DNA from: Microbotryum violaceum
Taxonomy: Eukaryota
Reading direction: 5' to 3'
Assembly (NCBI GenBank): GCA_001244265.2
Contig: CDLV01000005.1
Span: 248,001 to 312,000, forward strand
Length of the DNA stretch: 64,000 bases
The position numbers were made by a program, and so were the translations under genes. The notes beneath the pieces are model-generated. The model did no database searches and was not told the DNA's origin. It saw only the letters and a program-made list of their open reading frames with translations. Positions 13,180 through 25,474 of this stretch are shown one piece after another; the stretch's first letter is position 1; each line of letters opens with the position of its first letter.

Positions 13180-14572
13180 TTAGAAGGCGTCTACATGAAG
13201 CCGAACGTAGACATGGGTCAGCATAGAGATATCCCTTTCGGTGGTATGGTCGAGGCTACTCACTCAAGTTCTGTGAGGGGTGGCATGCGACAGGAGCAGA
13301 AAGAGCACCAGCCACAAGGTCAGTAAACGTTACCCACATGTCGTATCTCTCTCGCCAAGATCTACTCACTCCGAACTCTATGGGAGTAAATACGAGTCCA
13401 TCCGTTAGTCATTGCGGATAACGATACAATGCTTTGAAGGGGGAAGAACTCACTCTCGGTGTAACCGGGAACGGTCCACTTGCCCTTCTTGAGCATCGTC
13501 TCGACGGCCTTGGTGATCTCGGGTCGTGCCTTGGCCACGTCATCGAGCTAGCAACGCACATAACTCAACATATCATCAGATAACGCTAATCCAACCCGTA
13601 CAGCACACCACCGCTGAAGCAGCCCGGAGAGAATGAAAAGAATGCTCACGGTCAACTCATCGAACGAACGTGCGTCCTCGATGTTCTTGAGGGTCGACTT
13701 GAGGTCACCCAACTCGGAGTCGATCTTGTTGGCAGTCTCCTTGGCCGAAGCAACCTGACGTGAGCCGAATAGGGAGGTGGTCAGTTCTTGCGCCATATTC
13801 GACTAGGTCCGCAGATTCAGCCACTCTCGGCGCCGTCGGTGGTCGGTCGGGATGCGTCCTCGGAGCCTGGGCTGGGCTGGCGGGCGCGTAGGAGGCGACA
13901 GGCCACGACCATCCCCGACCTCGGCGTCGTCCATCCCGTAACCGCCCTGTAATCCACCTCCCTTCCAATCCCTCCGCCAAAACTCCACTGCCTCTCAACC
14001 CTCTAACCCTCTCCGAGTCTGAGCTTGCCAACCCTCCTATCCCAACAATCGTGGCCCCTTCCCCCCGCCTAAGCGTCGACCGTCCTAAACTCACAGCCTT
14101 AGTCTCGAACGCAGCGATAGCCTTCAACTGCGCCTGAACATCATAATCGACCGGTTTGAAGCTCTTGAACAACTTCTCCCCTTCGGCGACGATCTCCTTA
14201 TTCTTCAGTACGGAACGGTAGTGCTCAAAGTCGATCGTGCGCGCTTGAGCAGAGTAAGTCGTATGCGCCGTGCGCGCCGCGGCGGCTCGTTGGCGGAAGG
14301 CGGAGAGCGCAGATAAGGTATCTGAATGAAGCGATGGGGGGGTTGCGTACAAGGAAGTCGTTAGGGTATAGAATAGGATCAACAGGGTTCGAAAAGGAGT
14401 GGTATGAGAGCGGCCTAGTACGGACCTTTGTGCAGACCAAGCTTGGTGGTAATGCGACCCCAATCAACAACAGCGCTGCACACGCCGGGGAGACACAAGT
14501 CGCATCGTCGCTTTGGATTAGTTGAACATGGAGGACACGGTTGTACATTCTCGACTCGACTCACGCGGCCAT
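13180..14572 (-). CDS. ATP7: Mitochondrial ATP synthase subunit d
   Basis: Spliced product reads MAAAVVDWGRITTKLGL...IDFEHYRSVLKNK...LKNIEDARSFDELT...KGKWTVPGYTEKFGNLNAF*. Includes 8-nt and 7-nt microexons. Confidence 0.92.
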
Positions 14573-15161
14573 GTTTCGTGATGTGTGGTCGGGTTGGTAT
14601 GGTGGGCGGGAGAGGGCGTTTCGATCTCAGCGCGCGAGCGAGATCGTTCCGGCCGCCTCCGCGCCAAAGCCCTGCCCACGCCTGTCCACGCCAGCCAGCG
14701 CCATCCAGCGACAGACCACGCCAGACCACGCCAGTCTTTTGCGAGCCAACGGCGCAGGTACTCGCACGGTCCTCTTTCGTCTCCCGGGCAGCTCCACGAT
14801 GCTTTCCCCAGAAGAACAAGTCCCAAGGCTGCAATCTCTGCTCTCTCTCGTCCAAACGCGCGTCTACCCAGAAAACAGAAATTGCTCATTCCCGAATCCT
14901 ACCCAAACAAGGAAGAAGAGAAAGGAGAGCGAGCCATTAAAAAAAAGGTCCTAGGACAAGGGAGCTCGGCCAAACTACACAACGCCAAGTAACACAGAGC
15001 GACGCCCTCGAGTCCCCAAGAGAGGGAGCTACAAAAGTGGTCTCGTCTCATTCAACGTTTACAGCTGTAACCGATCCCCCCCTGACCTAGTATGTTTCTT
15101 GTCTCGCCAACGCCTTCCCGTTCCGGCTCGAGTCGAATCCGTTGTAAAAAAATGGGCTTTT

Positions 15162-16875
15162 TTACACCGAGGTCAAGACGGGGATCTCGACCGTGTCCTT
15201 CTTAACCGACGCTCCGACATCCTCGGCCACATCACCACCGTGGAGCTCCAAAAGCTTGGACAAGTCGAATCGGGGAGTCTTCAAGATCTTGACCTAAAAC
15301 GGTCGAGCAGGAAACAAAAACAAATGCAATGGTGAGCTCCAGGGTCGAGCTGCGGCCGCATGAAAAGAGTCGCGGCTACAAGAACGCACCTTGCGGATGT
15401 AGCAGTTCTGAATGGGGTAAATCCCCTGCGAAACCTTCTCAATCTCTCGGCCAATGACCTCGGGCACGAGCTTGTGCACGAGCTGTTTGAGGTCGCACGA
15501 CGACGCCTCACGGCCCATGATCTCGAACATCTTCTTGCGGATCTCGCGCACCTGCGACGACTTGGCGTACGTCGTCTTCTTAACCTGGTTGGGCCTCTTC
15601 TTGGTGAAGGCGATCGAGAACAGGCGCACGAGGTACCCATCGGTCGTCTTGATGTCAACGTGGGCCTCGATCAAGGTCTGCCACTTGCGCACGAGCGAGC
15701 GGAGCTTGTCCGAGGTGAAGTCCATGCCGTGGAAGTTGGTGAGGCAGTTCTTGCCCTGGACTTCATCGATGCGCAACTTGATCTTGCGGAACGTGTTTTC
15801 GTCGTCCTTGTTGAGGTCGGCGAGGGAAAGCTCGATGATGCGGCCCTTGAGCGAGTCATTGGCGTTCTCTGCGGGGCACGAGAGTGGAAGACGGAGCGTC
15901 AGTTCGACGTGTTGCGACAAGAAACTTCTCCGTCATCTTTCGCGCAAGCAAGCCCGTAGAGGCAAGCCAGTGCGAACGAAGAGCGAGGGCGCGGGCGGGG
16001 AAACGCACTCAATCCAGACGAGCGGTTGACCAAGGTCTTTCCGGCATTCCGGGTGTCGAAGATGGAAGGAGCCTTGATGTCGTACCAGTCTACATGATCA
16101 AGCGACCAAAGTCAGTTGGGCGAGTCTTATACGAACGCGAAAGAGATGGCAGACTGACCCTTGCGGGTGAAGGGGTCGACGACACGCTTCTTGATGCCCT
16201 TCTTGCCCTTTGACAATCGCTTGTTCTTTCCGACAGCTGTGAGTGACCAAAACCAACATGGTTAGTCAAATGTCCACCATGCACATGGGCCCAGCGATGT
16301 ATGGCGCGTGAGAGGGCGAGGGTGAACGTTGGCGTAGGGTTGTTGAATTGGCGACTGTGGGCGGGCGCGCTTGCGTCCTCGAAGCGCGATTGCGACGACG
16401 ACGACGGCCAGGCCAGGCGGGGGAGCGGAGGGGCGAAGGGGGGGGGGGACAAAAACTCCCACCACCACCACCACCACCCATTGTCTCATGACCACCATAC
16501 AATCATCACTAATCTTCCACCTAGACCGATCGCATGATCCCAACAGTCCATGCAACCAAGGCATCACATCAAGCGATGGGGATGCGATGGCTCCCAACGC
16601 TGAAATTTGCCCTGCCGTGGCCCACCCGTGGCGAGGCGACCCCGCCGCTCCGCTGGGCGCGCTGGACCACCCAGCCGCCGGCGCCTCAGCCCAGCAATCC
16701 GTCGCCCTAGCGCTCAAAACCCATCGCACGACCAACGACCACCCGCCCCGTGCCCTGCTGTCCGCCGCTGATGGTGTCGAAGGCAAAGTTGGTGGTGATC
16801 CAGGTCGAGGTCGAGGTTGAGGTCGAGACGATCACAGCACACGTAGCACCAGAGAGGTAGAGTCGACTTGCCCAT
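15162..16875 (-). CDS. RPS1: 40S ribosomal protein eS1 (S1/S3a)
   Basis: [15 protein letters not shown]...[14 protein letters not shown]...[29 protein letters not shown]...[13 protein letters not shown]. First exon ATGG (16875-16872) is inferred, followed by a 635-nt GC-AG intron. Confidence 0.95.
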
Positions 16876-16985
16876 GGTTGCACGAGGAGGAAGCAGAGGT
16901 CAACGAAAGCGAGCGCACCGGCGAGCGAGGCCACTAGAATTGCGAGCCTCGAGCGAGCGCGCGCCTGCTGAGAGCAGCTGAGTGC

Positions 16986-17952
16986 CACCTCTGGCTGTAT
17001 TTCTAAGCACACCAAAAAGTGGCGCGCGCGGCGCCCTTCCCAGCGCCGCTCTTAAGTGGCGCACTCATACAGATTGCTCCCCCTGCAACCCGGGTTGCTT
17101 GAGGGCCCGAGGCCAGGGGCACACGGAGGCTTGTGTGGGCTCCAACAGTTTCATCTCATGTACGTGCGTGCTCAAATCAGGTTATTCTAGTCATCGTAGT
17201 GTGTAATTTGTATTTGGAACACTCAGTGCCAATTTTTTCGGTAAACTATCAGCGAGGAGAGGTTCGATTAGGAAACATTATTACTAAAGTGATAAAATGG
17301 CATTATTGAACGTGATAGAGTCTCGTGCGACTCTCGAATGTGGACGAAGCACATCGCTCGCCTCAAGGCCGACCTCGTCCAACTCAATTGATCAACAAAT
17401 CAAATAGATTCAGGAAGAGATTCGAGCTCTCCATGATGCCGTTCGTGCGTTGCCTTCAACTTCGCGAATGTCGTCGTCGCAGAAGCAGCCCCATGTGCTC
17501 TATAGCTGAATCTCTTCCTGAATCTGTTTGATTTGTTGACCAATTGAGTTGGACGAGGTCGGCCTTGAGGCGAGCGATGTGCTTCGTCCACATTCGGGAG
17601 TCGCACGAGACTCTATCACGTTCAATAATGCCATTTTATCACTTTAGTAATGATGTTTCCTAATCGAACCTCTCCTCGCTGATAGTTTACCGAAAAAATT
17701 GACACTGAGTGTTCCAAATACGAATTACACATTACGATGACTAGAATAACCTGATTTGAGCACGCACGTACATGAGATGAAACTGTTGGAGCCCACACAA
17801 GCCTCCGTGTGCCCCTGGCCTCGGGCCCTCAAGCAACTCGGGTTGCAGGGGGAGCAATCTGTATGAGTACGCCACTCAAGAGCGGCGCTGGGAAGGGCGC
17901 CGCGCGCGCCACTTTTTGGTGTGCTTAGAAATATAGCCAGATGGCCGAGGTG
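16986..17952. mobile_element. 967-bp non-autonomous foldback (Mutator/MULE-like) element: ~440-bp inverted arms, ~75-bp spacer, 11-bp TSD
   Basis: Arms ~16986-17428 and ~17504-17952 are reverse complements with about 11 substitutions and 2 small indels. Termini are CACCTC...GAGGTG. Direct repeat CAGCTGAGTGC at 16975-16985 and 17953-17963. Confidence 0.88.
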
Positions 17953-18274
17953 CAGCTGAGTGCGTCAGGGCCTCCTCCGCCCGCTTCCCGCCCCGCTCCC
18001 GCCCAGCGAAAATGGGCGAAAAAAGTCAAGCTGAATTGCAGCCTTATCAATCGCGGCTAATGGCCCTTTCACCATGCTGGTCTCTACAGAGCAGCTCTCA
18101 ACCACGATGTCGCACCCCGAAAGCGATCTAGTTCGACTCGATTTAGTTTTGTTGTAATTCATTATCACGTCAAAAGTGCAATGAGCGGTTTTTAACCGAT
18201 CACTAGCACAAACGAAACACCTAAACGCGGTGATTCGGGCTCGATAGCGTACAAGCAGCTTCTCTACAGATGGA

Positions 18275-20233
18275 TTACCGGTCTGGGGAGGCAGAAACCA
18301 AGAAGAACAAAAACACATTAGTAATCACTTCGTTTTCGTGACAAAGTCAATGAAAAATCATTCGCGCCTGCGACTTACAGAAATCGAGCGTCTCGTCCGT
18401 TCTCTTGACAACCTGCTTCCACGCCTCCTCGAAATCGGCCGGTAGGATGACATATCTGTAGGAAAATAAAATAAAATACCCATCGCATGAGTCACAAAAC
18501 CCCTTTAATGACCCCTTTGACCGTCGCCGCGTTGTTCGAAGTGAACTGGGTGGAGTGGGGCGAAACTGACCGGTTTTTCCGCACGGCTTGCAAGCCCGCA
18601 GCTTGACAGATGGACGAGATCTCGGCCGACGACAACTTGTCCGGTCGTGAGACATCTACGATTAAGTGATCGTAATAACGTGCTAGTCAGTCGCGCGCGC
18701 CAAGTTTCACCTCTTGGGCTACGGAAGAGAACGAGGACGTCGACGACCGCACGAAGAGACTCACAATCCTCCAAATCGACATCGGCACCCAAGCTCATCT
18801 TGCTCGTAATGGTCTGGAAGATGAGGCGCTTCTCTCGTCGAGACGGATTGGGGAACTCGATCTTGCGATCCAAGCGACCCGGTCGCAACAAAGCCGGATC
18901 CTAAACGTACCCGACAAACACATCCCCTCAACCTGAGTCAGCTACACGACATTTCAAAGCCGCATGAAGGATAAAACGCAACCAATGTATCCGCCCTGTT
19001 CGTCGCCATGATGACCTTGACGTTCGAACCTTGATCGAACCCATCCATCTGGTTCAACAGTTCGAGCAAGATCCTCTGCACCTCGCGATCGGCTCCGGTC
19101 TGCGCATCGAACCGCTTGGTCGCGATCGCGTCAATCTCGTCGATGAAGATGATCGCCGGTGCGTTCTCCCTCGCCATGCGGAACACGTCGCGGACCATGC
19201 GCGGCCCTTCACCCAGGTACTTTTGCACGAATTCGGACCCGACGACGCGGATGAAGGACGCGGTTGTGTGGTGCGCGACCGCCTTGACCAACATCGTCTT
19301 GCCCGTTCCTGCGAGAGCGATGACGAGCAGATGCATCAACGGCCTTGGTTCGTCAGCTACAAGTCATCTACGAGCACTACCGAACATAACGCACCTGGTG
19401 GTCCATACAACAACACACCGCGGGGTGGGTCGATACCGATTTGTCGATAGAGGTCGAACTGAGTGAGCGGCAACTCGACCGCCTCGCGAATCTCTTGCTT
19501 CTGAATGTCCATCCCGCCAATATCGGCATAGGTGCTGTAGGAGGGTGTAAGTGTGGTCGTGGTTTAGCCCGTGATACTCTGCACCGCACTACGTTCGGCG
19601 CGGGTGTCGTCATCGCTCGGGCGGCCCCCACGTCCCAAATCTACTTGTTCCCGCGATAGCCAACTCAACTCGCACATCAGATCGAAGACAACTTACACAT
19701 CGGGTTTCTCGTCCTTGCCCAACATGGCGATTGAGCTATCGGCCTCGGGGGGTAAGACGTCGACCAATGCGTTCGAGTGACGATGCAACGCGACCGAGCT
19801 ACTCGGCTTCAACAATTCGCGATCGATCGTCGACAGAATCCTAACGACATAATTGCTCCCCGTCGTACTTCCCACGATACCGGTGTGTTGATCGATCGGT
19901 TCGAGGAATTGACCAATGACTAAAGGGACGGATTGGATGCGCTTGACCTCCTCTTGGGCTCGCAGTAGTTCGCGCTTGAGGTTCTTTTGCTCGTCCTTGA
20001 TGTACTCTTCTTGTAGAGATAGGAACTCGAGGTGTTGGTCGAGTTTCTTGAGTTTGAGGTAGAGGTCTTGTTGCGGTAAGGACGAGAGGAGAGAGGCCTT
20101 CTCTTCGACAACCGAACTGAACGTAGGGTCCTGTGAGCAGAGCGGAGGAGGTCAGATTGGCGTGGTTGCTCAAGATACAGCAGTGTGCAGGTCTCTTTAC
20201 CTCTCGCTCGAGGTCGAGTCCGATTTCGTCCAT
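18275..20233 (-). CDS. RPT3: 26S proteasome regulatory AAA ATPase subunit 6B
   Basis: MDEIGLDLE...[51 protein letters not shown] (Walker A), [41 protein letters not shown], ends DFYR*. Confidence 0.96.
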
Positions 20234-20882
20234 GGTGTCAGGTCGAGGGAAGGAGTACGAGTCGGCAATGGGAGTACGTGCAACCAGCAAGTCGGCGGCC
20301 GAGAGAGGTCGGTCGAGCGTGTTCACTGAGAGGAGAGACGACGAGTTCTGGGCCTGGTCGGAATAGGGCAGGGGCGCAGGTGTGATCTAGGTCGAAGGAC
20401 GTGAAGTCTCCGCTCTTGTTGAAGGGAGGTAAGCGTAGGTGGTGAGTGTGAGCAGCGTGTGACAAGCGATCGGCGGCTGGCCCGTGGGAGGCGAAGGCGA
20501 CGCGTCACCACCTCCAGCGCTCTCTCTTAGCCGCACGGACCGCCCCCACTCCTCCACGCATTCGCCTTGCTTTTTCAAGCTCGTCAGAAAAAGAAGAGGA
20601 AGTTAAAGGTGCAATTAACACATCAAGAGAACAAAAGAAAAGAAAGGAGCTAAACGAGAAGGAAACAAGGCACAGAGAAGAATCAAAGACGGGATAGATT
20701 CGAGAGAAGGCTTGCGAGGTTGCTCCGAGGAAGAAAAGAGGTTCGTATTGGAGCTCGAGCGTCGACAAGTTTGGGTTCCAGGGAAAACGAGTGCTTGCGA
20801 ATAGAAGAGAAGTAACCTGGAGTGGATGCTCCAAGACAGGATATGAACAAGCTGCGGCGAGTCGAGCACAGCCAGGGGTCCG

Positions 20883-21974
<1,092 letters not shown>

Positions 21975-22054
21975 GATGAGCCGAGTCGAAGAAGGTCTCG
22001 AGGGCTGGCTAGTGCGTGTCGAGTAGGGCTTGATGAGAGCCGAGCCGGGCGTAC

Positions 22055-22096
22055 ACGGATGACCGGTGACGGATGACCGGTGACGGATGACCGGTG
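22055..22096. repeat. Perfect tandem 14-bp repeat (ACGGATGACCGGTG x3) between divergent ARL1 and the mitoribosomal gene
   Basis: Read directly. Confidence 0.9.
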
Positions 22097-22531
22097 GTCG
22101 TGGCTTAGCGCTTAGCTCAGCTGAGGCGGGCTAACCTCGACCTCGACGGCGGTGACGATCAGCGTCGCGGCGACTGCAGTCACTGGCGGGGGCGCACACG
22201 CTTGCCTACACTGGCTGAGCTCGGAAAAGAGGAAAGAGGGCAGACGCGTCTCGGACTCCTGGATGTCGAGCAAGGAGGGGCACCCGAATGTTGATGTAGG
22301 TCGGCGCGGGGTGTTCGCGAGTCGCGACTGGCCAAGCTGGAGCGCGGTGATGCCTGCTCCCTTTCTGTTTATAGCCCGGTTTTCTTATCGGCAATTGCGC
22401 TCCTTACTCCGCGCGCCGCTCGCGCCAGTTCGCTCGACTTTGTGCACCAACACCAAAACTTTTCTAGTTTCCCAACTTTCCTGCCTTTGCCCGCACCCGC
22501 ACCCATATCACCTACACCACACTCACTCCGG

Positions 22532-23755
22532 ATGGCCTCGCTGCGGACAGCATCCACCTCGGCCTTGCGACTCGTCGTCTCATCGACCTCCTCCTCGCAG
22601 CTGACATGTTGTTCTGCAGCAACAGCAGCCGCGCCGTCGACGGTCTCGATCCGACGTCGCAACCTGCACCAGCGCGTTCCCTTGCCGTACCAGCTCGAAC
22701 AGGGTCTCGAACCGTTCCTCTCCCCGACCGCACTCAAGACGATCGCCGTCGACTGGCAGCAGGGCGTGCTGACCCGTCTGAATGAGCTCGTGCGAGGTCA
22801 GTCGGCGCCCCTCCGCGATCGAGCGAGTCGAGTCGTCCGGTCGATTCGCAGCCGGCTGAGCGCGCATCGTCGTCTCCCTCTCGTTTCCCCTCTTGCCTCT
22901 CCTTCCGCATCCTTCCTCACCGCAGGCACACCCGTAGAGAACCAGACCGTACTGCAAACGGTCAAGCAAACAGCCGCCAACCCAGAACAGGTCCTCGCCT
23001 TCAACTATGCCTCCGAGGCACTCAACAACAGCTTTTTCCTCTCCACCTTGGTCAGTTCCCCCATGTCTCCCCCCCCCAAAAAGCTTCCTCGTTACTACTC
23101 CACCGTCACTGACTGTCTCGTTCTCGTTCCCGGCCCCTTCTAGACTCCGAAACCGACACCGCCTTCCCCTTCTTCCTCCTTTTCCCTCTCGCTCGCATCG
23201 ACCCCGCTGCGGGACATGGCCGGCCTCATCTCCCACTTCTCGGCCCACGTCGCCGGACTGCACCCCTCGTCCGGCTCCTACGTCTGGCTCGTCACCGACG
23301 CCTCGGGCAACCTCGCCGTCGTCGGCACCTACGCCGGAGGAACGCCCTTGGTACACCAGCGATCCCAAGTCGGCCGAATCGAAGGGCCGCGAGTGCTCGG
23401 TGAAGCATTACCCGAACCTAAAACCGACGGATCGTCATACTCTTCGACTTTATCGAAGTCTTCCGAACCCCAATCGGCATGGGGTACGGTCCCACCTTCG
23501 AACAAGACGCGTTCGAATCCGAACAAGACCTCGAACTTGTTGGACGAGGCCGCGTATACAGGCTCGATCAGTCAGGGTCAAGTCGGCAAGACGATTCACC
23601 CGTTGTGCTGCATCTCGACCCACGAGCATTGCTACCTCCACGATTACGGCGTGTGGGGGAGAGAGGAGTACGTCAAGAACTGGTGGGGCCAGGTCGATTG
23701 GAGGAAAGTCGAGGAGAGCTATCAGGGCTTCAAGGCTGAGAAGAACGAGAGGTAG
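22532..23755 (+). CDS. Fe/Mn-SOD-fold mitochondrial small-subunit ribosomal protein (mS42/mS43, Rsm26/Mrp1-like)
   Basis: Arg/Ser-rich presequence, LHQRVPLPY, FNYASEALNNSFFLSTL, GSYVWLVTD, PLCCISTHEHCYLHDYG...YVKNWWGQVDW. SOD fold without the canonical DxWEHAY metal ligands. Two introns. Confidence 0.8.
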
Positions 23756-23987
23756 AACAGGCATGTCCAACTTGGAATGTAAGAGCAACTGAGAGTATCC
23801 ATACTGACGATCGTATTATTTGAGGAGGACGCCGAGAGGCGTTGGGAGAGTGTATTCTTTCACTGGTTTGCAATCCTCGCTCCTCGCTGAACACCTTTTA
23901 ACCCCGCTGGGAGGAAACAGGACATAATCTTCGAACTCGGAAGCCTGCCTTTTTCCCTTTTCACACGCCTTCCCCTTCAATACCCAC

Positions 23988-24257
23988 ATCCGCTTTCAAA
24001 AGGATCGGCCGAACGTTTTCTACTCCCTACAAACGTTCGGTTACGCCAATCCAATTGGAGAGAGGGTTAGGGGGGGACGATGACCCTTGTCTCGCAACAG
24101 GGGTCACATGTCGTCCCCCCGTTTCCTTTTCGCTCCACAATTGAAAAGCAAGAGCGATGGTCTCTCAACTCACCAGGCACCGAATCGGGCTCCTACCATC
24201 CTTTGGGGGAGCCCGGTAATGAGGTGACTCGGTCCATGAAGTAGCCGGCATTTTTTT
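23988..24257 (+). ncRNA. Candidate structured non-coding RNA, family not recognised
   Basis: Three strong stem-loops and one weak one in tandem, mostly with G-U pairs on the + strand. Flanked by pyrimidine tracts and followed by a T7 run at 24251-24257. No coding ORF. Confidence 0.4.
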
Positions 24258-25474
24258 CTTCATTTCATTTCTTGCTTTGTTTCCCTTTCCTCCTCCTTTT
24301 ATTCCCATAGTGTTAAGAGTGTAGCGCACCACGATCAGGGTCAAGAATCATTGTTAAGGACCAGCGCAATGCATCAAAACCTTTCGAATTTCTTCTCCCG
24401 CAAGCTCTTGGCGACACTAAGTAGTGGCCTTTGCTCAACATGGAACACGAACCCGTCAAAGGGCTTGAAGAGTGCGGCGGCGGTGGTGCTCGGCCCGCTT
24501 TGTACACTTGTGGGCTTGCCTCTGATCACCGCCACTTTTCCCCGGCTGTCTTTCGGTCAAGCTGGAGAAGGCCTCCCAGACGCTTGCAACTGCGAGGAGT
24601 ACTGTGTGTGCTTGTTCCGTTTGAACTGGAACCGTTTATTGCGTGTGAATCGCAAGTCAACCAGGGAACTTGCACGACCTGTAATCGCCAGGCGGTCCTG
24701 ACGCCTGAAGTTTCGGAAAGGGTGTTTTCAGACACCCTTTCAAAGTTGGTGTGCCTTCTGTGCTAGGGCTAGGTTGTTGCACAAGGTTGCATGCACTACC
24801 AGACCAATATGCGTAAACTGTTAGGTGGGTTATAGTAGGTAAAAACTTCAGGCGATGGAAATATAGGAACACCGTGTATAGCGAGTGGTGGCGACTCAGA
24901 GGCTTAGGACCCCTGCGCAGTAGATGGACGTGCTAGCAGAGAGCTGAACTTGCTCGTTTGTTGCCCCATGCTAGCTCAGCATAAGACGCAGTAGGGAACA
25001 TGGGCGAACTAGGTACGCAGACACTTGCTCCGCTGATCCAGATCCGAAGAAAAAAAAGAGTTGGGCTACCAGAGCTCAGATGGCAGATCTCAAAAGTTCC
25101 CTTATTAAAAGGCCTGCTGAGTCTACGCGCGGGCCTCGGCTCTTTTTTGATAGCACGCTGTCTGAGTTGCGTCAGTGTGGACGTGAGATCATCTCGTTAC
25201 AAACTATGCAGAATGAAGCAGCTAATGTCAAGGCTGAGTAACTCGCCGTCGCTGACGTGTGACTGCACGGCGTGTCATAGTATGCACGAGCGGCCGGGCG
25301 CTGCTTTGACGAGGTCCGAGCTCAGTTGGGCATTACTAATGGCGGCAAAGAGCGGCGCTCGAAGCGATTGGAATGGCCCAACTTGGGCTCGACCTGACGC
25401 ACCTTAAACGCTTCGCCCACCCACCGACCACATCCCCACCTAAACCCACCACCTCACTCCGCACTACTACCACC

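Noticed and set aside
16478-16580. H/ACA or C/D snoRNA in RPS1 intron 1
   Set aside because: An H-box-like AGATTA and an ACA are present, but the 3' hairpin is too short (~25 nt). The box-C-like GTGATGA has no box D partner.
22532-23755. Mn/Fe superoxide dismutase
   Set aside because: Metal-ligand motifs are degenerate (STHEHCY instead of DxWEHAY, no N-terminal His ligands). It fits the SOD-fold mitoribosomal proteins better.
24062-24073. GGGTTAGGG / CCCTAACCCT next to a strong hairpin, as a telomerase RNA template with a boundary element on the - strand
   Set aside because: The putative template would be enclosed by a stem only a few nt downstream, G-U pairs favour the + strand, and I could not identify a convincing pseudoknot or CR4/5. 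Not supportable without covariance data.
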